Shown in pieces: positions 49,701 to 62,091 of a stretch of DNA of 64,000 nt. Below the pieces are notes generated by a model that made no database searches, had not been told where the DNA came from, and was given only the letters and a program-made list of their open reading frames with translations. Positions within the stretch are counted from its first letter, which is position 1. Every line of letters starts with the position of its first letter. The translations under genes were made by a program, and so were the position numbers. The DNA comes from Mytilus edulis (taxonomy: Eukaryota), in contig NC_092349.1 of assembly GCF_963676685.1 (NCBI RefSeq), forward strand, positions 63,438,924 through 63,502,923. Reading direction: 5' to 3'.

Positions 49701-52700
49701 AACGTCCACCACAGGAAAATAATAACCTTTTTTAATACATTTTTTTGTATATACATAAACATGACATCATTAAGCGGTTACTGTAAATTCTTTTGGTATA
49801 ATTTTTAGCTCAACTTGTCCATGTTTTTTTCTTCTTTAAGACACACTTTTGTGGTTCATTCACAAGGACGATTAATATACGCCATAGATAGAATATATAT
49901 AATCTAAAATACCACAACCAATTTGTTCAGTATTTGATATTAGCCATTCACTCTTTCCTCCGTTTATTCGAATCGAATTTTTCCGTAACATATTACATTG
50001 TTCAATCTGTACGCTAGCTCTTGCTAGCTAACAAATGTTTCAAAACACCTTTTCTTAAGAATTCTTTCTGATAAATTATATTTCTAAATCGCACATGTCA
50101 ATTATTGAATCAATTATTGAGATTGAAACTTTAACTAAATAATAATTTATTGGTTTTTGTCAAATTTTGACAAACTTTTATTGAAAATCATATGCCATTG
50201 CTTTAATTAAATGACCAGTGATTCCAGTTTTATTTGACGTAAAATTATATGGACGCTGAGTCTCTACAGAGAAGGGACAATTTGGAAAACTACGCTTGTC
50301 ATTTTAAGCAACCTCATGTTTTAATTTACTTAACCTCTTTACAGAATACTGAGAAATTGATATATTAAATTTCTAAATTATAAATGGATGGATGTGACAA
50401 CGAAAAATATAAATCTGTCAAAATTTGATATTTGGGTCAAAGTTAATTGATCTTTTCAAATCTATTTTAACGTATATAAAGAGATGAGCGCCTAATTCTA
50501 GTCGTAAATAATAATGACTGTATGTCGTTTTGACAGCCTTTAAACTGTCGTAACAAATTATAAAATGTATGTCTCAACCGATCTGTTATCTGACGAAAGG
50601 GGTAGTTAACAGACCTCTAACTTGTGCTTCAATTTTGCACTATGGGAATCAATTTGTATTAGACACTCGAACTCCCTATATAATATACTTGACAGTGTTT
50701 TGATGACCATAATAACGTACATAGCATTACAAAAAAAATTATAAAAAATCATAAAGATAAAAAAAGTGGGACTTTTGTGGAATTTAACGAGCATAACTAT
50801 CCCCATTAGAAATGCTAGCAAATATTATTGTTATTCATACACACTAATTACACATTCATCTATTCGACCATAGAACAAGGAAGAGATTTGATTATACTAT
50901 TTTTATATCATACTTGTAGTATATTTTGTGAAAGGTAAATGGATAAGCAATCAATGATTTATTGTTTGATGTTTTTTTCTCGTCATTATTTTTATGATCA
51001 GAAATATTCTGTATATAATTATGTGGCACTTGTAGCTGTAACAATATGAACATAAATATGTTGTATTGTACTCGACGCCTATACATGTCATTTTTATATT
51101 TTGACATTTGTAATATAACATGTTATAGTCAACATTAGGTAAACTTTACAAACAATACACCTTCTTAGCGAATAAATGTTTCATTTCATACCACACAAAG
51201 ATGTTAAAAGTATTTTTTGTAGTGTAGCATGTTATTGTCAACATGAGGTAAATTTTACAAACACTACACCTTCTTGGCGAATAAAGGTTTCATACCACAC
51301 AAAGATGTTATAAGTATTTTTTGTTTGATTGAGTGATTGAATACCGTTAAACGATAAATTTAGTATGTCGAAATCCAGATATCGTAACAAGACCTGCTAC
51401 CACCATCCACGTCATGTGGTCTTTGGTAGAAACTTGTCTTATTACCAATACGTCTATTATTTATACTTATACATATAAATAAACTAATATATGTCATGTA
51501 AATACTAATCTTCAAGAATACGGTAATTTTACAGAAATATTGTACACACCATCTTGTAAACAATAAAGTACAAATGTAAGTTATCAACAACATGTTAGAA
51601 TTATAAATTATTCGTAATTTGATATATACCTAAATATAAAAAGCTTTTGCCTTGAATCAAATATTACGTCCATGTAATTAATTCCTATTAATGCTATTGA
51701 AGTCCTTTGGACCAATAGATAGACGAGGAAAGGGACAGCCCTGTTGTATTACTATCCGTATATTTTCCCATCTACTATATGTAAGTTATACGGATGGTGA
51801 TACCACAGGGTTGTCCATTTCTCCGACTATTATACACATGTAACTAATGTGTTCAAATGTATAATATTGAATAGCCATATCATCAATAGTGATAAAACTA
51901 AAACTATAGAAACGTCAAAAGAAAAAAAAACCCACTTAATTATTGATGATATATATTTTTTACTCCATGTTTACACTATTTTTTCAGTCTTCTGATAACA
52001 GTAGTGGTGTTTTATATTGTTTTAAAATATTTGTTGTTACTTTGCTCATGACGTTATTGATATAATATAAGTTTCTGAGAATATAAACCACGTCTATTCA
52101 AAGTGGGATCGTATGTTTTATCAATGTAATTTCTATCTCAAATTTGCATCTCTTGATCCGAGGACACAGTTATCGGCCTTTGATAAACGTTTACATTTTT
52201 TTTATACATCTAAAAATTTACTTCGTTATATTCTATGCTTGAAAAATGAAGGAATGAAATAACATGCTATAAAACTTTGGGTGATGAATGGTAAGGTAAC
52301 TTTAAGAGTGCGATTTTTTATAATTTGAATTTATTTGTAAAATAAATGCACGTCGACACAACCATGTTCTTAGGCCAACTGGTACCTATTTATGTTTGTT
52401 TTTGTAACTGAAAGTAATAAAACATTTGTTGAGGTTTAGTGTAATCCCCGTTGACTTACACCTCGTACCTTGAACAACAGGCTGAAAAACGAAAAATGTA
52501 CCATTCATCAATTATGTAATATCTAATTTGCATATTTTATTAATACCTTTTGTGTATAATTATGCAAGTTGTTCTTATTTATGCATTTACCGTACTTTAA
52601 GAAGTCATTTTGAATTATATAATAAAAAACTACATTCATTCGTGAATTTTATAAATTACAATATAAATTCACATTCACAAATCGGATTCAGAAACAACAT

Positions 52701-53560
52701 TCTTGTGTTCTTGAAAGAATTTAACAAGGAAAAATGGCTTAGGATGGGTTCCCATATACAGTCTTCACAATAATATCCTGCTATCTTACTAAGTATTTGA
52801 TGAAATATAATAAAAAAACCCAACACGTATCGATTGATTTAAACGTTAATTTACAATGTACGAAGTCATGTGTATCAGAATGTACCATTTTCTCGTAAAT
52901 CAGATGTTAAAACTGTTAGTTATTTATAGTCCGAAGATCAATATAAATCGAAAGGCAAAAAACTTTCATTCAAAGATTTATTTGATAGGATAAAACGAAA
53001 CACCTGTGTGATTGTCTGGATTCATCACCCTAAAACAAAACCGCACCTCTGGCAACGACCTCAATGCATATGAGTACGCTATTAATAGGTCAATACACAT
53101 CATTGAGTCACTTTAGTGTACTGGAAACGGTATTTCTCCAACCGGTAGTTTACAGTCAGCATACATAAACATGATATTTTTTTTTCAATTGGTCAGCAAA
53201 AGTTGATAAAAAAGACATATTTTTGCAAAGTGACGTCCTAAAAATAAAAGCTTTTGTTTTCCTGTTGTATCGGCAGTATGAATAGCGGTAAATTTTCCAA
53301 TATGAAGGCCTCTACAAGAAGAAGTTATGAATTTCATATAAGATACCAGTTTACAATTATATATACAGGATGACGTATATTTATAAACACTGTGCGGGAC
53401 AAATTTGCCATTCCGGTATCGGCAAATCTGACTTTGTCGGTTTACAAGATATCCAAAAAAAAATTTGCCCAGTGATAGATTATTGAAAAATTAAAAAAAT
53501 GCCATATGTCCCAACTTGTCACTGTTGTCACTCTTGTCACTGCAGCTGATTAAAAGTACA

Positions 53561-53892
53561 TTTCCCATGGGAAATTTGATAATTCCCATGGGAATATTAG
53601 AATTTCCCATGGGAACATTGGAAGTTCCCATGGGAAAAATTACTTTTCCCATGGGAAGTTTAGAGTTCCCATAGGAACTTTAAAGTTCCCATGGGAAAAG
53701 ATGAATACAAAAAGTTCCCATGGGAATTAATTCTTCCCATGGGAACAAATTTTCTTCCCATGGGAACAATTTTTCTTCCCATGGGAACAATATTTCTTCC
53801 CATGGGAACAAATCTTCTTCCCATGGGAACAATTTTTCTTCCCATGGGAACAATTTTTTTCACATAGGAACAATTTTTCTTCCCATGGGAAC
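53561..53892. repeat. Array of ~16 units (~20-22 bp) each containing the perfect 12-bp palindrome TTCCCATGGGAA (COE/EBF-type TCCCnnGGGA core)
   Basis: Counted at 53562, 53584, 53605, 53625, 53647, 53688, 53715, 53735, 53757, 53779, 53801, 53823, 53845 and 53882, with degenerate units at 53668 and 53866. ORFs 53660-53920(-) and 53720-53938(+) are artefacts. Confidence 0.85.
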
Positions 53893-54261
53893 ATACTATA
53901 TTACAACATGTACAATACAAACATTATTTTCCATTTGAATTTTTTTCTTCAGAAAAATTACAATTTGTTGCAAATACTGGATATATATGAGAATAAAAGA
54001 GAATATACTTCTGCCTTAGCTGGATGGAAAGCTGTAGGGGATAACACATTTTTGGAACCTTGTAAAACATCTCAGAAAAGCAGATTTGTCTCCGGTACAA
54101 GTTTGCAATTCCGCTGAGTGCAAAAGTTGTTCACCTTAATTTTTGGAGTTAAGTCAAAATGAAGTTGATAACTTGGTTGGTATTGGTTCCCTGATATTTG
54201 TCCTAAAATTGTTTGGCTCTAGCACCACTGTTGAAAAAGTTATGCCCCTTTTTTCAACAAT

Positions 54262-54470
54262 TTCCTTAGAGGAATAGTTGTTTTCCTCAAGGGAAATCAA
54301 ATTTCCCTAAAGGAAAAAGATTTTTCCTCAAAGGGAAATTGTTTTTTCCTCAAGGGAAATTGTTTTTTCAAGAGAAAAAGATTATCTTCAAGACAACAAA
54401 TTTCCTCTAATGAAATCATTGTTCTTCAAATTTCCTCTAAAGAAATTTCTGAACATCAAATTTCCCTTAT
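54262..54470. repeat. Second array (~10 x ~22 bp) of TTCC...GGAA-type units, including gggaaatcaaatttccc palindrome
   Basis: ttcctcaagggaaatcaaatttccctaaaggaaaaagatttttcctcaaagggaaattgttttttcctcaagggaaattg... lies 370 bp downstream of the TTCCCATGGGAA array. Confidence 0.75.
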
Positions 54471-56827
54471 TTGTTCTTGTTAAACATTTCTTCGCTATAC
54501 CATGTATACAAACAGTATGAATATAATTATTACAAGACTGTATAGTTGATGCAAATGATATTCAAAACTTTCATAAATGTTTGACTCAACATTTTAATGA
54601 CATTGAAAATTGATAAAGTCTGACTGTTTAGATCTAGGTATTGTTCATACTTTTTATAAAATTTAACTATGATTTATAACAAAAATTTGTAGCAAATGAT
54701 TCTGTTTTCTTTGTAATTCATGTAATTGTTTCAATGCAATACATTAATAAGCAACCAATTTGAATGTCATACCATTTGTGGTGTTCTAAAGAATTTGTTT
54801 ATATATTTGCAGATTAAATAATAAAATATACACTTTTCGTGTTATTTTAAATTAAAATTTTCTTCTGTTTCAGCTTGTGTACAGTTTTCAATCCACTACG
54901 TAAGAATTCAGTGAATACATTATTCCATTCACTTAACATTTTCCTTCAATTCTAAGAGAAAACATTTTTGCAAATTGTTCTTCAATGATCTTCTTCCGTA
55001 TATTTGATATGAGGGAGCGATGTAAATGAGTGGATAAAACTGGTGTTCCTTTTTTCAACAACAAAATAGTATTTGTTCTGCATTCTCCTTTCTTTCGAAT
55101 AATATATATAATATGTTGTTGCTTTTATGCAATAGTGTTTTTGTGTATCTATGATAGAACTCCATTTTGTTTATTGGCATTATCATGTGATAATGATGAA
55201 ATTTCCTGTTTCTTTTTTGCAGGAAAGCACACATTCCAGTTCAAATTAATCCAATTATGCACTTTGTAAATAAATTTCAACTTTAAGTTTCCTCTTCAGT
55301 AATGACCTATTGATCGTGAAAACCAAGATGTCTGATCACCTATAAATACACAAAATAAACAAATAAAATGTTATAAATGGAGAGAGAAACAGCAATAAAT
55401 GTTTTTCATATGTAGCTTTCTTTATTAAAATTCATTAAGTAAACTTGAACCTTGCGAAAAATAATTAGCTGTGATGTAGACTAGAAAGTATAAAACGCAA
55501 AATAAAGTAGTCGCGAAAAATTAGTTGATTTACATTAGTCCAGTCTGTGTTTGCAGGAAATTTACATCATAGGTTGCCATATTCCTATTGTGCCTGTCCA
55601 AAGTTCAGAGCCTGTAGTTTTTGTAAGTTTAGTCTGACACTAAAATTTAGTGGTTGTTGTTGTTGTTGTTTCATACCGGTTATATTTATTTTTTGTAATT
55701 TATTTTGTAATAAACTAGGCAATTAGTTTTACAGTTTGAACATGTTGGATTGTTTCAATTTTTCATCTTTGGGTCTTTTATAGCTGCCTACTTTGACTAT
55801 AGGGTATGGATTTTCTCATTATTGAAGGTCGTCACAGGCCTACAATTGCTTTCTTAAAGCCATGATAGTTTTCATATTTAATATACCACATCTTTTAATT
55901 TTTATAGTAATCATGATTATCATCTTTCAAGTTCAACAACTTTAAAAAATAAATAAAAGTGGCCTTACCATTTAGGTTTAGTTTGCTTCTGCAAATTTTA
56001 AATTGCCTATCATTTCTGCTGTTTATAATTTCTCTGTATCTTCTATAGTTCTTGTCCTATACATAAAAGAGTAAAAGTTATTATTGAATGGCATCTTGCA
56101 TCAATATTATTTTTTGCTGTTTAATGTACATGATGTATATTAATGTGTGTTTAATAAGAAGAGTGCACATGCTGAAATGTCTCGCCTTCTTTTACTAATC
56201 ATTGATAATATGTTGATAGTCCTAAGTATAAAGCTTTATCACAACTGTCACATAAACTTAACATTAACCAAGATAAATAAATAAAGACTAATGAACCATG
56301 AGAATGAGGTCAGGCCTAAATTAAAATATTGTTTGTTTGCCCTTTTCCGACCCTATTTTTTGAAACAAGGTAGGTAGGTAGGTAAAATATTTTATTTTTC
56401 TTTCCCATAAAATAACTTGGCTCGGTACATTTTTTGTCATGGGTAGGCAGGTAGGTATAATATTTTATTTTATAGATACAATATCTGAATGATATCATTT
56501 TTGTCTGTATTTGCTCTTGTTTTAAGAATGATCGATTTTACTAATCTTTACTTTTATTAAAGTTTCTGAATAGTCCCAGGAAGTTATGAAAAAAATTTAT
56601 CATGTATAATGTGAAGTTAATTTATATGCACTTCTATTTGTTTTTAAATATCAAAATATAGGGCTCGAGCATATTTTCAACAATTATATGCCTGGAACTT
56701 TTAAAGAGTTTTAACTTGCACTGATATTCTGTACTACGTACATGAACCTTGTACGCTTAACTTGACCGAAAGATTTATTAATATCATATATATCTCCCTA
56801 GCATGGTTTGTGAAACAGCTTTACTAT

Positions 56828-57012
56828 GTGCAATCTATTAGGGGGTAGGACCTTTATCGGGACTTCGGGATTGGGTGTTTTTAAGCTCAGGATTTCAGGA
56901 TTTCCAGGAATTGTTTTTTTTTTTAATTTTTGGGATGCAGAATTTAAATTTATTTAAATTCGGGAGCTCAGGATTTCATGTTTTAAAGCCCGGGATTTCA
57001 GGATCCGGACCC
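56828..57012. mobile_element. Candidate MITE (~185 bp) with imperfect TIRs gggggtaggacc... / ...ggaccctccaacccc and internal (ggatttcagg)-type repeats
   Basis: ttagggggtaggacctttatcgggacttcgggattggg pairs with cccgggatttcaggatccggaccctccaacccctat. Confidence 0.4.
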
Positions 57013-57939
57013 TCCAACCCCTATCTATAGTATGTGTCATTCCGACATTTTACCAATTTTATCAAAATTTGAACTGAAATTATCAGAGATGATATCTGTG
57101 AAATAAAAAAAAAATATTTGACTAGAATATAAAGCCACTGCCCAGCAGTGCATTTCCCACCATCGTCATCATGCAACAAGTTAAAAGAGCTAAAACTAAG
57201 CATTTATCTTACTTTATTTACAACCCTAGAGACTGAGTGTGTCCGGGTGTTATAAAAAAAAAGCTAAAAGACTTGAAACTCAAATGTCACATATTTTACA
57301 TCGCATTTATAAATGGTCTGCAAGGAAAACTTGGCGATTTTACTGCCAATTATTCTCCAATTTACAGGACTTCGGTTCATTTCAGATATAAATAAAATGT
57401 CAAAGCTGGTAATAGGCAGCAATAACATAATCATCCGGATATACGAATCACTAAACGTCATCCTTATACATGTTATATAGGATACAACATCCGTTAACAA
57501 AATATTTTGTACACACGTTGATAATTTTGTATTGGACAAACTTTTTTGAATGAACCCTGCTCTTCAAGTATAAAGGGCAACGTTGGTTATACTTTCAACA
57601 TCGACTTCAATCAAAAGCTTTGAATCTCTAAATGCAAGTGTTCATGCCAAACGCTGACGTGATACCAAATGGACTTAACCTTATACGGGGAAGATAAAAC
57701 CTGTGGATTCCGGTAAAAAAGTTTTGAGCAGGAAATACAAATATAAGATTTTCGGGAGGAACAAAAAATAATTAAAACAAAATATTGCTGGTAAATACAA
57801 ATAAAAGATTTTCAGTCGGAACGAATTTATAGAGTCGGTCGGTAAAGGGCAAACAAATAATATTTTAATTTAAGCCTCAATGTCAGATGAACCATGCCAG
57901 GCAGACATATACAGCTAACAAGGCTTCAATGCAACAATT

Positions 57940-58320
57940 ATAGTTGACCTATTACTTATAGTTTAAGAAAAATAGACCAAATCACAAAAACACTGATCAA
58001 TGAACCGTGAAAATGAGATCAAGGTCAAATAAAACCTGTGCCACTGACATATAGATCATAAAATATTTCTATACACCAAATACAGTTGACCTATGGCTTA
58101 TAGTATTTAATAGATAAAGACCAAAACTCAAAAACTTAATTTTGACCACTGAACCATGAAAATGAGGTCAAGGTCAGTTGACATCATCCCACTAGACATG
58201 TTCACCTTACAATCATTTCATACAACAAATATAGTAGACCTATTGCATAAAGTATGAGAAAAACAGACCAAAACACAAAAACTTAACTATAACCACTGAA
58301 CCATGAAAATTGTCATAAAT
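57940..58320. repeat. Reverse-orientation copies (x ~2.5) of the 25770-26870 satellite family
   Basis: ccactgaaccatgaaaatgaggtcaaggtcag is the revcomp of ctgaccttgacctcatttttatggttcagtg. Confidence 0.7.
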
Positions 58321-58795
58321 AGCATAGACACCTCTTAGTTTTGAGAACAACATGCGTTAATTGTGCAAGTATAATCATTGATAAATCATGCACAAGATTG
58401 ACTTTTTTTAAAAAGCCTATATATTGAAATTTTCTGAAAATATTGCATGCATTTATTAATATGACCAATTTCAAGAAATGCGCAAAGATGTGAGATGATT
58501 TATATAATTGTAATTTCAGGAATTTACAGTAAAGGCTTTCATCCCCACTGCATTTTGCACTTTTCCCACGTCAGGAGCCAGATTATGGCCTTTGTGACCT
58601 TTGTATGATTTTTATTTTATTTTCTTTTTTAATATCAAAGAGTTTAATATGACGTCCATTATCACTCAACTAGTATACATTAATGGCAAGCTAAAGCATG
58701 CCTCACAGGCAGGGATCCAGGAGGGTCTGAGGGTTGGACATGTTGGAACCCCCCTTTCTACATTGTTCTTTATTGGACGATCAATGCATTTGAAT

Positions 58796-59300
58796 TTTAA
58801 AATTAACACCATTCGAACGTAAATATATTTCAAAATTAAGATGCTGCAATGTAAAATCCCAGTAGACAATGGTAGAGCTGGGAAGATGGTATAAGTCATT
58901 CCAAAAGAAGAAAGGACATGCAATCTGTGTTTAACTGCAATTGGCAATGAATTCCATTATTTATTTGAATGCAATTCTTTATTAGTTAAAAAATATCAGA
59001 AATCAGCATATTCCAGAGTACTATGTGAAATATCAGAATTAAGCAAAAATGAAAGGACTAACTGTCATTGACAAATATTAACTTATTATTTAAAAATGTG
59101 TCTATATTCATTTCAAAGTTAACTAAAATATTATAATGTTAAAATATTATAATATAAAGTAATTTTCCATATATTTTATTTCTAAGTTGTTTTATTTTTT
59201 TTTTTAATTGTATGTGATTGTATTTTGTAATTTACCTCTTGTTTCACATGTCAATGTGACGGAGTGTTTTTCAAATAAAGCATATTGTATTGTATTGTAT
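58796..59300 (+). mobile_element. 5'-truncated non-LTR retrotransposon (LINE) 3' fragment, ending in (ATTGT)3 microsatellite tail, nested inside a GGCGGATCC-family MITE; 5-bp TSD TGAAT (58791-58795 / 59301-59305)
   Basis: The fragment contains the C..LC...EFHYLFEC motif (CNLCLTAIGNEFHYLFECNSL, 58918-58980), typical of the extreme C-terminus of many LINE ORF2 proteins (zf-RVT-like; established knowledge). The interrupted MITE catttgaa|...|tgaatggggacatgtagttgg matches the uninterrupted copy 38470-38500 (catttgaatggggacatatagttgg). Confidence 0.6.
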
Positions 59301-61311
59301 TGAATGGGGACATGTAGTTGGACCCCCCCCCCCCCCCCATTTGTCTTTGGTTAGGAACCCCTTCTCGGGTTGTGGGATTTTCTCGTTGCATTGAAGACCC
59401 ATTGGTGCCCTTTGGCTGCTATCTGCTCTTTGGTCTTTTGATACATTCCCCATTTACATTTCGATTTTATATTCAGTTCTATTATAGATGTTAGACTTCT
59501 TGTTGATTTGGTTTCACATTTCGGCTTCGTCAGAGGAAAGCGTTCCAGAAATAAAATAGCCTTGCAAGACGTAATAATTATTTGGACTAGATTTTCACCA
59601 CCATCAACATTGTAAAGCTTGTCTCACTGTGGAATAAATGAGTTTGGCGCGTTTACAAAAATATAATTGTCTGTGCTGACAGGGGAGTGTGTGTGTGCAT
59701 ACCATTATTTAAATTTTCTAAACCTTCTTTTTCAATATTTTGTGCATTTCTTGGTAATATACTGTCAAATCTCGAGTGCTACTTTACAAAAACGATCAAC
59801 TTACAAGTAATGTAGGGGAAGGAAACTAGCTAAAAAGACCAAAAATAAGCCACAACTAATGGGGTCTCATTTGGGGGTTCTGTTCACGGATCTCGCTTTA
59901 TAGTTACTATTTATTTTTTTTAGATTCCCGCATCCCGCTTACACTATGTAAGTAAACAATTCTAATATTTTTGTAATTTCCTATGTCCCGCTAAACTTCA
60001 TTTCCAGTTTTCACGGCACAATATTTTGACTATTAGTGACACTAACACTGTGGTATTTTCACGTGGGTATTTTACCAATAAGGCCATATATTTCGGTGTG
60101 TAGAAATACCGCAAAGGAATTCTTAAAGGCGCTGACTAAGAAGAAAGTTTTTGCATTAAGGACACTAAAACGATGTTTTAAGATCACAGAGAATATGGAT
60201 ATATAGGAGGATATGATTAAATACCTCATATCTGTAAAGTTAGGTATCAATAGATATTGTAATTTTGAAGTTAAATGACTTTTTAATCAACGCGTGCCAC
60301 TCGGCACGTGACCAACGGCTTATTGCAAATTCAATAATCATCATGTTCAATCAACCTAATCCAATACACAATTGTCTTTTTATCGTTACTTATTGATTAA
60401 TTAATGGTTGTTGTTGAATAAACTAAACGGTTTAGCGTGGTAAATTTTCAAGTTTATGAAAGAAAAATAAAAAAAAAATGAATTTTGTGTTTTAAAACTT
60501 TGCCTTTGTTATATTTTGTTTTTAAGGAAATTGCTATGCAAGCTTTTTTTTAAATTAAAGAACCCTATTTTGAGATACAAATTGAGACAAAAATGCTTTT
60601 GAGATTTCGTTTCCTTGTTAACAACACAAGAGTTTACATATATTATCATTATGCCTTGAATGAGTGACATATGCATGAGAGTATGTGGTGTCCGTGGGGT
60701 TCTTCAAAATCCGATTACAGAAGTAATGTCGAAAAACTCCAAGAGGTAAAATTATATTACGTTTTAAAAAGAGACTATAAATCATAACTGTCTCCTATGA
60801 ACAATAACTTTAAAACTGATGTCAATGCTTTTTTTTAACAATTCATCTTTATTTCAACAATTGAAGATGAATACCATTTTATTTTATAATGTAATAAGCA
60901 TCGTGATGTAAGAAATATAATTTACAATGTGCAGGCGCGAATCTAGAGCTTGAAGCGGAGGTTTGGGGGAGGGGGTACGTGATAAATGTTTAGAATACTA
61001 GAGAAGTTTTCTTGTTATATAAAACCATATGTTTTTCAATAAATGGCAAACTTTTTGTTCATCCGGCATATGGTTACTCTAAATAAACTTTTGATTAGTT
61101 TAATTATTTGATTACAGATCGTATCTACCCGTTTTGCAATTGCTGTATCACCCTAAATGAGGCTAATAAAGATATGTATAATAAAATATAGAGGTAGCAG
61201 TCTTGGATTGTCTTAATTAAATCCTTTGATCCTCTAATTATCAAGTTACCCTCTGGCCAATGTAATTATGACTTGTGTATATTTAAAGAAGTTACTTATA
61301 TATCTTTATTC

Positions 61312-62091
61312 TCATAAAGCAAATGCATTACATCGGTACAGAGATAACAAATACAACAATAAATATTTACGATATGTACAAAACAAGCGAGAGAGGTTAC
61401 AAAAGTTACAAGCCAGGAGTACAAGCACGGGCCGACAAACACAAGTATTTATATTTTCTATAAAAAAAAAACAAAGCTTCTTCGGAACTGGTTTTCTTGT
61501 ACTTGACATAACTTCAGAGAATTTAACTGTATTTTGCCGTTTTGTAAAATATGCAGTTAAAAACTCTTTTCGTTTTTGATTGAAAAATTTGCATTCAAAT
61601 ATAAAATGATATTCGTCACCTATTTGTCGATTGTTACATAGACTGCAAAAGCGGTTTTCTCTGATTACGTTTTGCCATCTTCCTGTTTCAATCGGCAACT
61701 TAGTATTAGTCGTTTGAAATCGACAAAAAACAAAAGCGTCTTTGTATTTAAAATTTATACTATGTTAATTTATTTGTATATGTCTCTGTACCATTGTACT
61801 TTGGTTTATGAGAATAAAGATATATATATATATATTGAAGTCCAAAATATTAAAATATTTTCAATTTCAAGTTGTTTTTTTTTAATTTTTGTAGTTTATA
61901 CCTTTTGACAAATTTTGAATGAGGGAATTCCAGTTCTGAATATATTGATATAGCAATCTCTGCTTTATGACAGTTTTTAACCATTCTTTATTAACAAAAT
62001 TTTGTGACTCCCATATGTTTGAGAAACCACAATCTTGAAAGATTTTTTGTATAAACAAGATCCATTTTATCTGGTTATTATGTAGCGACAA
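61312..62091 (-). mobile_element. Degenerate LINE ORF2 C-terminal fragment (minus strand)
   Basis: ORF 61882-62091(-) reads ..KIFQDCGFSNIWESQNFVNKEWLKTVIKQRLLYQYIQNWNSLI.. (the conserved post-RT tail). ORF 61312-61698(-) reads ..RFCSLCNNRQIGDEYHFIFECKFFNQKRKEFL (C..LC...DE.HF.FEC motif). An (AT)n stretch and frame breaks separate them. Confidence 0.6.

Noticed and set aside
53561-53892. Possible CRISPR-like array (regular short repeats)
   Set aside because: This is a eukaryotic context. The 'spacers' are 8-10 bp and near-identical rather than unique 30-40-bp spacers, with no leader or cas genes. It is a microsatellite-like array.
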